In this document: piece after piece, positions 18,960 through 28,541 of the stretch
Numbering within the stretch: position 1 is the first letter of the stretch
How the letters are laid out: each line of letters begins with the position of its first letter
DNA from: Candidatus Dormiibacterota bacterium
Lineage (GTDB): Bacteria > Chloroflexota > Dormibacteria > Aeolococcales > Aeolococcaceae
Assembly: GCA_963713485.1 (NCBI GenBank)
Contig: CAVQLW010000005.1
Span: 333,636-397,635, forward strand
Length of the DNA stretch: 64,000 bases
Reading direction: 5' to 3'
Program-made: the position numbers and the translations under genes
Notes under the pieces: generated by a model
What the model was told of the DNA's origin: nothing
Seen by the model: the letters and a program-made list of their open reading frames with translations, nothing else
The model's database searches: none

Positions 18960-21302
18960 ATGGAACAGGTCGCTTCGATCGAAGCTCCGAGTTCGGCGCA
19001 GGCCCTGCGGGTCGATGAAGCGATCGGCAGCGTGGTCGGCCGCCTGCTCGAGGTCCGCGACGCACAGGTCGGCGACCCCTTCGAGGCGCTCATCCACACC
19101 ATGGCGGTCGAGGGCCGGCGAATCGTGCCCGGCTCGCAGTGCGTCATCTCGGTCGTCCCGGCGACGCGGCCCCACGTGTTTCGAGTGGTGGCGGCGTCAG
19201 GGAACTGGGGCGAGACCCTGATCGGGCGAGAGTGGCCGCTCCATCCGGGGATGCTCCACGGACGGGCGATGCTCCGTGGAGTGCCGGTGGAGACCACCGA
19301 CGCGCCAGGGGAGAGCGCCGCACCCGAGGTCTTCGCCGGCCAGATCCGCACCGGGCGTCTGGTGCCGATGAGTGCCAGGACCGCGCTTCCGGACGGGCGA
19401 ATCGGCATGGGAGTCGTGGGGTTCTGGCGAGCGGGGCCTGAACCGTTCACCGACGTGGAGCGGGAGATCATGGACCGCTTCACCAGTCTCGTCAGCGTGA
19501 TCCTCGGCAGCGACGAGGCGAGGAAGTCCACGCAGCGGCTCGTCGACCGGACGAGGCTCACCGCCCAGGTCACCCGGGAGCTCTCCTCATCCCTCGACCC
19601 CGCGCGCGTCATGCAGGCGATCGTCGAGCGTATCGCTGATCTTGTCGAAGTTGACCGAATCACCCTCACGAGGTTCATCGGCGACGAGGTCGAAGCGATC
19701 GCCGGGTACGACAGGAGCAGGACGCCGGCACGCGAAGGGACGCGATGGTCGCTGACGCCGGGGATGCGCGCGGCGATCGAACGCGGGGACCCCGTCTCCG
19801 AGGGTGACTCCGACATTCCCGGCATGCCACGCGAGATGCGGGAGCAGCTCGCAGACGTCCGTCGCCGCGTCATCGTGCCCCTGCGCACCGGGAATCAGGT
19901 GCTCGGCATGCTCGCCGTGAGCCGGCGTACCGACGACATCTTCGGTCCGCTCGACGTCGACAACCTCGAGCAGGTCGCGCTGTCGGCCGCGCTGGCGCTG
20001 CACAACGCACAGTTGTTCGCGGAATCGAAGGAGGCGCAGGAGAAGGCCCTGCACGCCCTGCTCAGCGTCTCGGACCACCTCGACGCACGCGACGGCGACG
20101 GCGATCTGTTCGAGCGTCTCGCGGAGACCGTCGCCGGGTTGGTCGCCGCGCAGCGCGTCACGCTCTGGCGTCTCAACGGCGATCGACACTGCCACCCTGA
20201 GACAGGCGCATTCGGTCTGACGAAGTCCGAATTCGCGACTCTGCGTCCAGTCCCCTGCCGCCCCTCAGGGCGCGCGATCTGTGACCAGGTGATCTTCCAC
20301 GACGCGGTGTTTCGGGGCCGTGCCCGGGATCTCGGCATCGACATGCCCAGGTCCCGGCGAACCAGCGAGTCCAGTGATTCCGCGGATGCGATCGCCGTCG
20401 CGTGGCGCGCCGGTGCGATACGTCTCGGACTCCTCGCGGCGCACGATCCGATCGGGCCCGGAGGGTTCAGCGACGAGGACGTATGGATTCTGCGGTTGGC
20501 GGCGTTCGCCGCCGGACTTGCGTGGCAGATCCAGGCCGCCGAACAGCACATCCGCGCCCTCGGCGACGCCGAAGCGCACCGGCTCCACGAGCACATCGCG
20601 CGCATGCATGCGATGGAGCAGATGAAGTCCGACTTCCTCAAGCTCGCATCCCACGAGTTGCGCGGCCCGCTCGGGGTGGTCCGTGGCTACTACTCGATGA
20701 TGGCCGACGGAACCCTGGAAGGCCCCGCACTCGAGCGCGCGATGCCCGTGATCGAGCGCCGGTTGAGCGACATGAACGCGCTCGTCAACGAGATGCTCGA
20801 GACGGCGCGCCTTGACGAGGGCGTCACCCGTCTCGAGCGCCAGCCGCAGGACCTCCGCGCGATCCTCGAGACCGCGACGGCTGCGATCGCGCCGTTGACG
20901 GGCGCCGCGCACGTGCTCGAGACCCGCCTTCCCCGTGAAGCCGTCGTGGTCGATGTCGACGCCGGCAGGGTCGAGACCATCCTTCGCAACCTGCTCGACA
21001 ATGCGATCAAGTTCTCCCCGGACGGTGGCAGGGTCCGCTGCCAGCTCAGCGTCGGCCGCGGGAGCGCGCACGTGCACGTCGTGGATCAGGGGCTCGGGAT
21101 CCCACCCGAGCAGATGCACCGTCTGTTCACTCGATTCAGCCGGCTGGTCACGTCGGAGAACAGCCACATCTCGGGAACCGGGTTGGGCCTCTACCTGTCA
21201 CGTGAGCTCGCGCGACTCCACGGCGGGGACATCACGGCACGGTCGGCCGCCGGCGGGGGTGCCAGGTTCATGCTCAGCCTCCCGCTCCACCAGCCCTCCT
21301 GA
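18960..21302 (+). CDS. soluble multi-GAF sensor histidine kinase (HK1)
   Basis: Internal ATG of ORF 18930..21302. GAF-like repeats, H-box MKSDFLKLASHELRGPL, N-box LLDNAIKFSP and G-boxes DQGLGI / GTGLGLYLSRELARLHGG. No hydrophobic TM segment. Confidence 0.85.
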   Translation: MEQVASIEAPSSAQALRVDEAIGSVVGRLLEVRDAQVGDPFEALIHTMAVEGRRIVPGSQCVISVVPATRPHVFRVVAASGNWGETLIGREWPLHPGMLHGRAMLRGVPVETTDAPGESAAPEVFAGQIRTGRLVPMSARTALPDGRIGMGVVGFWRAGPEPFTDVEREIMDRFTSLVSVILGSDEARKSTQRLVDRTRLTAQVTRELSSSLDPARVMQAIVERIADLVEVDRITLTRFIGDEVEAIAGYDRSRTPAREGTRWSLTPGMRAAIERGDPVSEGDSDIPGMPREMREQLADVRRRVIVPLRTGNQVLGMLAVSRRTDDIFGPLDVDNLEQVALSAALALHNAQLFAESKEAQEKALHALLSVSDHLDARDGDGDLFERLAETVAGLVAAQRVTLWRLNGDRHCHPETGAFGLTKSEFATLRPVPCRPSGRAICDQVIFHDAVFRGRARDLGIDMPRSRRTSESSDSADAIAVAWRAGAIRLGLLAAHDPIGPGGFSDEDVWILRLAAFAAGLAWQIQAAEQHIRALGDAEAHRLHEHIARMHAMEQMKSDFLKLASHELRGPLGVVRGYYSMMADGTLEGPALERAMPVIERRLSDMNALVNEMLETARLDEGVTRLERQPQDLRAILETATAAIAPLTGAAHVLETRLPREAVVVDVDAGRVETILRNLLDNAIKFSPDGGRVRCQLSVGRGSAHVHVVDQGLGIPPEQMHRLFTRFSRLVTSENSHISGTGLGLYLSRELARLHGGDITARSAAGGGARFMLSLPLHQPS

Positions 21303-21330
21303 AGTTCCCCTGAACCCGACATTGTTAGTC

Positions 21331-21346
21331 TCGCTATAATGTTGCT
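21331..21346 (+). promoter_or_regulatory. AT-rich -10-like box TCGCTATAATGTTGCT
   Basis: Perfect TATAAT at 21335-21340, upstream of the small membrane-protein gene at 21505. Confidence 0.4.
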
Positions 21347-21504
21347 TGACAGCATCGGTACAACGATGTAGCCTCGAGAGAGATGGCATCGGGCCATCGC
21401 CGAGAACTGAATCCCTCTCCCCAAAGCCCACCCCGCCGGGGCAGAACCCCCGGCAGGGGTGGCCCAGCATGCAAGTCAGGAGAGGCTGTCGACGGAGGTT
21501 CATC

Positions 21505-21747
21505 ATGGGTATAGGTGCCGGCATCGTCCTGATGGCGATCGGTGCGATCCTCGCGTTCGCAACGCACGTCAGCGGCGGCGGCTTTGTGAACATTCATCTG
21601 GTGGGCTGGATCCTCATGGGCGCCGGCGCGCTCGGCATCCTGCTCTCGCTCGTCTTCTGGTCCTCGTGGGGTGGTGGCGGGTTTGCCCGCCGCGACGGCG
21701 TGGCGCCTCCCGCCAATCCGCCCGGATCCGGCCCGCCGGCCTACTGA
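21505..21747 (+). CDS. small membrane protein (DUF6458-like)
   Basis: GGAGG SD. MGIGAGIVLMAIGAILAFA and a second helix, then a Gly/Pro-rich tail. Confidence 0.6.
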   Translation: MGIGAGIVLMAIGAILAFATHVSGGGFVNIHLVGWILMGAGALGILLSLVFWSSWGGGGFARRDGVAPPANPPGSGPPAY

Positions 21748-21780
21748 CGAGCCGTTCCCGGGCGCGACCCGTGCCCCTGG

Positions 21781-21799
21781 CCGCCGACCGAGTCGGCGG
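21781..21799 (+). terminator. GC hairpin
   Basis: CCGCCGAC-CGA-GTCGGCGG, an 8-bp stem with no U-tract. Confidence 0.35.
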
Positions 21800-21810
21800 T
21801 CAGGGCACGA

Positions 21811-21828
21811 TATAGAATCACTATCATG
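21811..21828 (+). promoter_or_regulatory. AT-rich box TATAGAATCACTATCATG
   Basis: 17 of 18 nt are identical to the minus-strand box at 28524..28541. It ends in an ATG that opens a 10-codon sORF whose stop overlaps the ATG at 21858 (TGATG). Confidence 0.5.
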
Positions 21829-21857
21829 TTCGACGGACCGACTGCCCACAGCTGCTG

Positions 21858-22475
21858 ATGGCGCTGTCGGCCCTTGAAGGTCATGGCCCCGAGCCAGGCG
21901 GGCGCACCATCGATCCCGTCGATCGGTGCCGATTCGGGAGCTCATTCGACCAACCTGACGCCGAGTGCCGGGCATTTCAGCCGCTGCAATTCGTGGCTGC
22001 GACGTCATACGGAAAGCCGCTCCGCACCCACGTGACATGTGCGTATCTCCAGGTCGGCGACCTGGCTCGAAACCAGTTCTACCCTCGCTGCTCGCTCGGC
22101 TCCGATGCGGAACGTGTGCGTTGGATTGCGCAGATCGGCTCGGGCACGATCGAGAGGATGCGCGACCTGAACACGGAGTTCGACGCCCTGTTCGCCGGAG
22201 CGCTGGTGCGCATGGTCGACGCGAAAGCGCGTGTCCTCGAGAACCCGCCGACCGGGACTCCGGAGGCGCGAGGTGCGCTCGCCGCCATGGTGCGAGCGTT
22301 CCTCGCCGACTTCGAGTCCTTTGTGACAAGGCACGCCGGCCGGATCGAGCACGTCGGCCTCTCGCCCGCGGACGTGACGGCTCTTGCCGCAGCGATGCTC
22401 GACGAGTGGCAGGGATCCGCGAGGCTCGATCTGCCGGGCTTCGATGAACAGTGGCTGCGCCTGCCCGAGGAGTGA
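21858..22475 (+). CDS. hypothetical protein (Cys-containing N-terminus, helical C-terminus)
   Basis: 205-aa ORF with G/C-rich third positions. No recognisable motif. Confidence 0.5.
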   Translation: MALSALEGHGPEPGGRTIDPVDRCRFGSSFDQPDAECRAFQPLQFVAATSYGKPLRTHVTCAYLQVGDLARNQFYPRCSLGSDAERVRWIAQIGSGTIERMRDLNTEFDALFAGALVRMVDAKARVLENPPTGTPEARGALAAMVRAFLADFESFVTRHAGRIEHVGLSPADVTALAAAMLDEWQGSARLDLPGFDEQWLRLPEE

Positions 22476-22514
22476 TCCTTCGTCTGAGCCAGGCCATCAG
22501 ATATCAGGAAATCG

Positions 22515-22531
22515 TACAGTTATAGTATAAG
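22515..22531 (+). promoter_or_regulatory. AT-rich box TACAGTTATAGTATAAG
   Basis: TATAAG ends 6 nt before the GTG at 22538, suggesting a leaderless or near-leaderless transcript. The ATATCAG...TACAGT...TATNAN architecture is shared with 29064..29104. Confidence 0.45.
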
Positions 22532-22537
22532 ATTGGC

Positions 22538-24721
22538 GTGCTCTTCGAGCTCGTCGTCTTCTTCAGCCTGGCGGTCGGCACGACCAGCCTGGTCGCCATG
22601 CCCGGTGGAATGATCCGGGTCCGATGGTGGCTGGCCGTACCGGTGATGCTGATTGCCGTCGCCGGCGCGGCGGCCGCCGCCTGGGCGATCCTCCGCGATC
22701 CGTCCGCGTCCGAGTCGTTCAGCGTGGTTCTGGTGGTCGCCACCGTCGCCGCGCGCCTCGGGCTCGGCCGGCGCCGGTGGAGCTGGCTCGCCTCCCAGCT
22801 CTTCGTCTCGGTCGTCCTCGCCTCGCTCAGCTATCTCGCGTACGCCGCGTTTCAAACGTACTCGCGGGGTCTGCCGCCGCCGGTCGTGGTCCTGTCGACC
22901 CTCCTGCTGGTGCTCGAGGTGTGCGCGCTCGCGCTTGCCGTCTCGTACGCGTTCGAGGTGGCGGACGTTCTCGGCAGACGGGACGGTGTGCCGGTGCAAC
23001 CGGAGCTGACGGGCGCCCCGTTAGTCGCTCTCCAGGTCGCGACGTACAACGAGCCGGTCGAGCTCGTCAGCGAGACACTCATGTCGCTCGCGCGGCTCGA
23101 CTACCCGAATTTCATTGTTCAGGTGGTCGACAACAACACGAGCGATCCCGCGCTGTGGCGTCCGCTCGAGGAGCTGTGCAGGCAGCTCGGTCCCCGCTTT
23201 CAGTTCATGCATCTCGAGCCGTGGCCCGGTTTCAAGGCCGGTGCGCTGAACGAGGCCACGCGCCGTCTCCCTCACGAGGTCGAGATCATCGGGATCATCG
23301 ACGCGGACTACATCGTCAGGCCTGACTTCCTGCGCCATATGGTCGGGCACTTCGACGATCCGCAGGTTGCCTTTGCGCAGAGCTCGCAGAACTACCGTGA
23401 GTGGCGGGACAGCTCGTATCTGCGCGGCCTCTTCTACAGCTTCCGCTATTTCTTCGACGTCACGATGACCGCGCGAGCACATCGCAACGCGATCATCTTC
23501 TGCGGGACGATGGGGCTCATCAGGCGTTCGGTGCTCGATGAGATCGGCGGCTGGGACGAGACCTGCATCACGGAGGACGCGGAGGCGAGCCTGCGCATGC
23601 TCGGGCGGGGATATCGTGGCGTCTACGATCGCCGCGCGTATGGCGCCGGGATCATGCCGCTCGACTTCAGCGGCCTCAAGAAGCAACGCTTCCGGTGGGC
23701 GTTCGGAGGGGTGCAGATTCTCCGCATGTGGTGGCGAGAGCTGGTCCCGTTCGCGCCGCACCGGCTGCGCCTCACGCGAGCACAGCGCGCGCACTACCTG
23801 CTCGGTTCGCTGCAGTGGTTCGCGGAGCCACTCACCTGGATCTTCACGATCCTGCTGCTCGCGACCGCGCTCGCGTCGTCGCTTCACCACACACTGCCGA
23901 TCCGGCAGCTCACCGCAGGCATCCTCGCCGTGCCGATCGTCTTCGCAGGCACGGGGCTCGCCCGCGCGATGTGGGCGATGCGCCGCATGTCGGGATGCAG
24001 CCGGAAGGACGCGCTCGGTGCGCTGCGCTCGTGGTTCGCGCTGAGCTGGGTGGTGACGCTCGCGTGCATGCGCGGGCTCGTGAGGAGGAGCGCCAGCTTC
24101 CTGCGCACGCCGAAGCACAAGGAGGGAACCGCGCTCCTGCGAGCGTTGTGGTCCTCGAGCGCTGAGTCACTCATCGCCGTGTGTGCCGCTGCAGGAGCGG
24201 TCGCCATGGTCGTGCGGTCGCCGTCGGTGGCGACGGGCGCGCTCGGTGTGCTGCTGCTGTTCGCGGCCTATGTCTACTCGTCCGCGCCGGTCGCCAGCGT
24301 CGCGGCGGAGCGGGTGCCGCTCAACAGCGAGCGCCGCCTCTGGCTCGCCTCGTCGCAGAACACAGGCGAGCGGCCACCGCGTGCCGGCCGCCGCGTCGTA
24401 TTCGGGATGGCCGGAGTGCTCGGGCTCGCCGGGGTCGCCGCGGTGGCCGCCCTCGTGCTGACCGCGCCGTCACAGCAGAACCCGTTTGCGGGCCGTGGAC
24501 CGGATGACCTCCCTCGCGTCAATGCGCTCGGCCCGGCGCCGCTGTCCACCACCCCTGCGCCCTCAGCCACGCCATCCGTCACAGCGTCGCCGTCAGCCAC
24601 AGCCTCGCCAACCCCACAACCGACACCGTCACCGACGCCGACCGCGACGCCGACGGCCGCCCCGACAGCGACGCCGACCCCGCCTCCAGCGTCGCCACCG
24701 GCGCCACCGACTTCGACCTGA
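22538..24721 (+). CDS. processive family-2 glycosyltransferase (cellulose/PNAG/hyaluronan-synthase-like) with Pro/Thr/Ala-rich tail
   Basis: Membrane helices flank a GT2 core: QVATYNEP, VVDNNTSD, IIDADY, TEDAE and QRFRWAFGG (QxxRW). C-terminal tail PAPSATPSVTASPSATASPTPQPTPSPTPTATPT... Confidence 0.8.
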   Translation: MLFELVVFFSLAVGTTSLVAMPGGMIRVRWWLAVPVMLIAVAGAAAAAWAILRDPSASESFSVVLVVATVAARLGLGRRRWSWLASQLFVSVVLASLSYLAYAAFQTYSRGLPPPVVVLSTLLLVLEVCALALAVSYAFEVADVLGRRDGVPVQPELTGAPLVALQVATYNEPVELVSETLMSLARLDYPNFIVQVVDNNTSDPALWRPLEELCRQLGPRFQFMHLEPWPGFKAGALNEATRRLPHEVEIIGIIDADYIVRPDFLRHMVGHFDDPQVAFAQSSQNYREWRDSSYLRGLFYSFRYFFDVTMTARAHRNAIIFCGTMGLIRRSVLDEIGGWDETCITEDAEASLRMLGRGYRGVYDRRAYGAGIMPLDFSGLKKQRFRWAFGGVQILRMWWRELVPFAPHRLRLTRAQRAHYLLGSLQWFAEPLTWIFTILLLATALASSLHHTLPIRQLTAGILAVPIVFAGTGLARAMWAMRRMSGCSRKDALGALRSWFALSWVVTLACMRGLVRRSASFLRTPKHKEGTALLRALWSSSAESLIAVCAAAGAVAMVVRSPSVATGALGVLLLFAAYVYSSAPVASVAAERVPLNSERRLWLASSQNTGERPPRAGRRVVFGMAGVLGLAGVAAVAALVLTAPSQQNPFAGRGPDDLPRVNALGPAPLSTTPAPSATPSVTASPSATASPTPQPTPSPTPTATPTAAPTATPTPPPASPPAPPTST

Positions 24722-24766
24722 CCCGTCCGCCGAGGACGTGGACTCAGCGTCGGGAACGAGGCGCGG

Positions 24767-24970
24767 CTAGATGAAGCGCGCACCGACCGGCTTCGGATGC
24801 CGGAAGAAGCGCACGCGGCACCGCTCACAGCGGAACAGCAGACGGAGCCCCATGCGCCCGAGCACCTCGGTGAAGCGCGAATCGCATTGCGGGCACTGCG
24901 CGGCCTCCTGCAGCATGGCCTGGGGAACCGGTTTGGCATTGAGTTGAACCGGCTTGTATCGGCGTGGCAC
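24767..24970 (-). CDS. small zinc-ribbon protein
   Basis: 67 aa, GTG start with a GGAGG SD. Cys pairs CPQC ... CERC. Confidence 0.5.
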   Translation of the reverse strand: MPRRYKPVQLNAKPVPQAMLQEAAQCPQCDSRFTEVLGRMGLRLLFRCERCRVRFFRHPKPVGARFI

Positions 24971-25026
24971 CAGGCACCTCCTCTGTCGCTCGGATCGCGG
25001 TCACGACCGCTTCCTTAAGACATGGT

Positions 25027-25043
25027 TATCAGCTAACCTGATA
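25027..25043. promoter_or_regulatory. inverted repeat TATCAG-N5-CTGATA (candidate operator)
   Basis: Lies in the divergent intergenic region between 24970 and 25179. It overlaps a possible minus-strand -10. Confidence 0.35.
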
Positions 25044-25101
25044 GCGAGGATACCAGATTTAGCAAAGAGCGTGTGCAGACCGTCGGGTCGGCGGTGACCC
25101 C

Positions 25102-25141
25102 TTGACGCCCTCCGCCCCGAGGATTATAGTAACACTATAAT
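25102..25141 (+). promoter_or_regulatory. sigma70-like promoter TTGACG-N17-TATAGT followed by TATAAT
   Basis: TTGACG at 25102-25107, a 17-nt spacer and TATAGT at 25125-25130. A second hexamer TATAAT lies at 25136-25141, and the ATG is at 25179. Confidence 0.55.
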
Positions 25142-25178
25142 ATTTACTGACAGAAGCCGATGTTGAGGTTGTTGCCGG

Positions 25179-25514
25179 ATGACCATCGCACGAGCCATCG
25201 CTGAAAGGAGCCAGGCGTACGCCGTGGCCCGAGACGTGGAGCGCGATCGGGCAGCGGAGCGACGCCGGCTCGAGGACATGGAAGCGCTCATCGAGACCGT
25301 CGAGACGATGAACCTGCAGGCGTTGAGGAAGGTGCCCTCGGAGGTGCTGACCGACGTCGCGGAGCTGGCGCGCAGGATCGCGGTGCCCGCGCCATCCGCG
25401 ATCTGGAGCGCACGGACCGGTGCCAGGCTTCACGAAGCGCTCCTGCTATGGCAGGGAGCACTGCTCGATGCGCTTCGCCCCAAGCGTCTGGAGTACGCGG
25501 ACCGCTTCGACTGA
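25179..25514 (+). CDS. hypothetical protein
   Basis: 111-aa helical, charged ORF behind the promoter above. Confidence 0.5.
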   Translation: MTIARAIAERSQAYAVARDVERDRAAERRRLEDMEALIETVETMNLQALRKVPSEVLTDVAELARRIAVPAPSAIWSARTGARLHEALLLWQGALLDALRPKRLEYADRFD

Positions 25515-25547
25515 CGCGGCGCCTCTGGTGGCCGCGCGTCAACGCCA

Positions 25548-25922
25548 TTACCCCTGCGGGTTGCTGAGGGGCTCGGCGAGCAGGCGGGCGCGGTCGCGCC
25601 AGAACTCGAGCCGCTGCTCGAACCGTTCGGCTTCCGCCTTCAGGATCTTCATGTCGGTCGCCTCGACCTCGCGGACGGCGGTCTCGTCCATCGACGCGAC
25701 GTGCTCGTGCGCGACGGAGAGCAGGGTTCGCTTGAAGTCGAGGAGCTCCGCGTAGACCGTCACCCAGTGCTCGGCGTCGTCGAGGTATGGCGTGTCCACC
25801 CGCTCGCCATGGAGCAGGCGCTCCGGCTCGACCGCGTCGAGCGCCGCGTCAACGGCCTCGGCCTCCTCCGGAACGCCGGCCGCGTCGCCTGCCTCGCCCC
25901 CGGGGGATGCGGGATCGGTCAC
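25548..25922 (-). CDS. hypothetical acidic protein, third gene of the HK2-RR2 operon
   Basis: The GTG start overlaps the RR2 stop (GTGA). Sequence AEHWVTVYAELLDFKRTLL ... RFEQRLEFWRDR. Confidence 0.55.
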   Translation of the reverse strand: MTDPASPGGEAGDAAGVPEEAEAVDAALDAVEPERLLHGERVDTPYLDDAEHWVTVYAELLDFKRTLLSVAHEHVASMDETAVREVEATDMKILKAEAERFEQRLEFWRDRARLLAEPLSNPQG

Positions 25923-26317
25923 GAGGCCTTGGGTGCCAGCAGCCAGTTCCTGGTGGCTGCCGCAAGCACTGCCGGAGGCGTGTGGGCCTTGATCAGGTAG
26001 TCGTGGGCGCCCAGCGCCCTGCTCCGTTGGATCAACTCGGGCTCGCTGAAGTTGGTGAGGATGACAACGGGGATGTGCCTGGTATCCGGCTCGGAACGCA
26101 GGTGCGCCAGGACCTCGAAACCGTGCATCCCCGGCAGGCCGAGATCGAGGTAGATCAGATGCGGTGCTGCCGAGCGCGCCATGTCGATCGCCTCGGCGCC
26201 GTTGCGCGCAGTGCTCACCAGGTATCCGTGCGCGGCCAGTTGCAGCTCGTACATATCGGCCACGTCGGCGTCGTCGTCCACGAGCAGCAGCCGAATCTCC
26301 CCTGACGCCTCAAGCAT
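25919..26317 (-). CDS. stand-alone response-regulator receiver protein (RR2)
   Basis: LLVDDD, YLDLGLP and ILTNFS receiver motifs, with no output domain. The start overlaps the HK2 stop (ATGCTTGA). Confidence 0.85.
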   Translation of the reverse strand: MLEASGEIRLLLVDDDADVADMYELQLAAHGYLVSTARNGAEAIDMARSAAPHLIYLDLGLPGMHGFEVLAHLRSEPDTRHIPVVILTNFSEPELIQRSRALGAHDYLIKAHTPPAVLAAATRNWLLAPKAS

Positions 26318-28086
26318 GCACGCTCCCCGCTTGCCCTGCGCCTCGGATTGGCAGGCGAAGCGTGAATGTACTCCCTTCACCGCGTCGGGATGTGACCTCG
26401 ATGTTGCCGCCGTTTGCGACTGCAAGGCTCCGCGAGAGGTGGAGCCCGAGGCCGGTTCCTTCGATACCGGCGCTGACAGCGCTCTGCAGGCGCCCAAAGG
26501 GCTGAAAGAGCTTGGGCAGATCCTCATCCGCGATCCCGAGGCCGTGGTCGATGACATCGACCACGGCCCACCCGGGCTCCTCTCGGATGTCGATGCGGAT
26601 CTCGCCACCGTCCGGCGAGTACTTGACCGCGTTGGAGACGAGGTTGCGGAGGATCGTCTCCAGCTGCTCGGGGTCCGCTCGTACGTGGGGATGTCCCGAT
26701 GAATGCACCACGAGCGTTCGATGCGCGCCCGGGACGGTTGATGCCGCAGCGTCCGACACGGCGCGTGCCATGGCATCGAGGTCCACGTCGCGGATGTCGA
26801 GGTTCCCGGCGCGAAGCTCCATGCGAACTCGTCGTCAGCATTCGATCCACCAGTTGGGACATCTGACGCATGCGTGCGGTCATCAGTGGGACCACCCTCG
26901 CCGCCTGCTCGGGAAGAACGCCGAGCGAGCCCTCTTCAAGCATCGACAGGTATCCGCTGACGAGGGTCATCGGTGCCCGAAGCTCATGTGACGCGAGCTG
27001 GAGGAACTCGGTCTTCTGGCGCTCGAGCTCGGCCATCCTGGACGCGTGCGCCTCGAGCCTGTCGAGCTCGGCAGCCTGCAGGTCGGCGGCGCGATGCTCC
27101 GCCTCGTAGCCCTGCCAGACGAGCGCGGATGCGCGCGCGGCGAGGCGCACGATCCACTCGTCCTGGTCGGTGAAGCCGGACGCGGAGTCCCACGCTGTCA
27201 GGATGCCGAGCGGCACGGCCGCCGTGCGCCAGGGGACTGCCAGCACATCCGTGGCGTGCATGCTCATGAGCACCGCCTCGAGGTGCGGGTCGGCCTCCGC
27301 CTCAGGCTTCGATATGCGCAATGCCTGCCCGGCGTAGATGACGCGTGAAAGGCCTTCGGTGCTCCCCGGCGGGGGCGCCGCAAGGCGCATCGGCGACATC
27401 GCGCCGGCGTCTGCCGGCTGGTGCATCGCCACCAGCTCGTTGCCGGCGAGCTGCCAGAACGCTGCGTGGCCGGCCTGCGCGAGCCTGGCGACGGTCTCGC
27501 TCATCTTCTCGAAGAATGCCGCCGGCTCCATGCTCGAGGCGACATGGCCCGACATGAGGGTCAGCGAGTCCAGCCCGCGATCCTGCGAGGTGCGGAGGTC
27601 GTCGACGAGGCGTGCATTGCGGAGCGCGAGCACGGCGAGCAGGCCGAGCTGCTGCAACCCCTCCAGCTCCGTCGCGGCAAACGGCCGGTCGGTCTTCCTG
27701 CTGAGGATGAGGACGGCTCCGACAGTCTCTCCGATGGAGAGCGGCACGATCGCGGTGTGCTGCACATCGACGAGCGCCGGTCTGAGCGCAGGATCCGCGG
27801 CCGGGTCGAAGCCGCCTCCGGTGACGATCGCGCCGGTCGTCACCGCTTGGAGGAGCATCGGTTGCCGCTCGAGCCAGGTCATCTCGTACTCGTGCCCGAC
27901 GAAGTCGGGCTCGCCGCCGCGCTCGTAGCTTGCTTCGACGCGCAGCACGTGCTGATCGAGGCTCGTCAGCGTGCACCGATCGGCATCAAGGTTCTCCACC
28001 GCAAACCTCACGAGGCGCCCCATGATCTGGTGAGCGTCACCGCGGGAGACGAGATCGACCTCGACGGTGTGCGCAAGGTTGGTCAT
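26310..28086 (-). pseudogene. soluble GAF sensor histidine kinase (HK2), reading frame interrupted
   Basis: N-terminal ORF 26524..28086 carries GAF repeats and the H-box QKTEFLQLASHELRAPM. The HATPase ORF 26310..26822 carries NLVSNAVKYSP, DHGLGI and GTGLGLHLSRSLA. The frames join if one T is removed from CGAGTTCG (minus strand of 26824-26831), giving LTTSRMELRAGN. Confidence 0.8.
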
Positions 28087-28102
28087 GGCGCCTGCCGGGG
28101 CG

Positions 28103-28447
28103 TTAGAGCCGGACGTGCTCGATATCGATGCCGGCGAGCTCGGGAGGCCTGGGGATGCCGTGAGCGTCGAGGAGCTGGAGGCATTTGATGACGTAGCGCG
28201 CGCCGGCGATGTTGAGGCCGTGCTGGCGGGTGAGACGTTGGATGGCTCCCAGCGTGAGGATGTCGCGCTGGGAGTAGCGACGGCGGTTGGTGGCGGTGCG
28301 CTCGGGGACGCCGAGGCCCATGGCCTCGTACATCATCAGGGTGCGGGGATGGCTGGCGAGAATCTCGGCGGCGACGCTGATGGTGTAGAGCGGCTTGTCG
28401 AGGTCGAGCATGCGCGCCGATGTCGGCGCAATCGGCTCAACAGGCAT
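28103..28447 (-). CDS. MerR/HspR-like transcriptional regulator, copy 2 (intact)
   Basis: LYTISVAAEILASHPRTLMMYEAMGL ... RRRYSQRDILTLGAIQRLT is a MerR-type winged HTH. It ends 16 nt upstream of the HK2 start. Confidence 0.8.
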   Translation of the reverse strand: MPVEPIAPTSARMLDLDKPLYTISVAAEILASHPRTLMMYEAMGLGVPERTATNRRRYSQRDILTLGAIQRLTRQHGLNIAGARYVIKCLQLLDAHGIPRPPELAGIDIEHVRL

Positions 28448-28523
28448 GGGCGGCGCCTCGTGCAGCGGCGACGCCGGCAGGGGTGTCCCGCAACGAGCGT
28501 GCCACCTCCATGGCGTCCTGTTT

Positions 28524-28541
28524 CATGACAGTGATTCTATA
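28524..28541 (-). promoter_or_regulatory. AT-rich box TATAGAATCACTGTCATG
   Basis: 17 of 18 nt match the box at 21811..21828. Its ATG opens a 29-codon sORF (28437..28526) whose stop overlaps the MerR copy 2 start. Confidence 0.5.
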
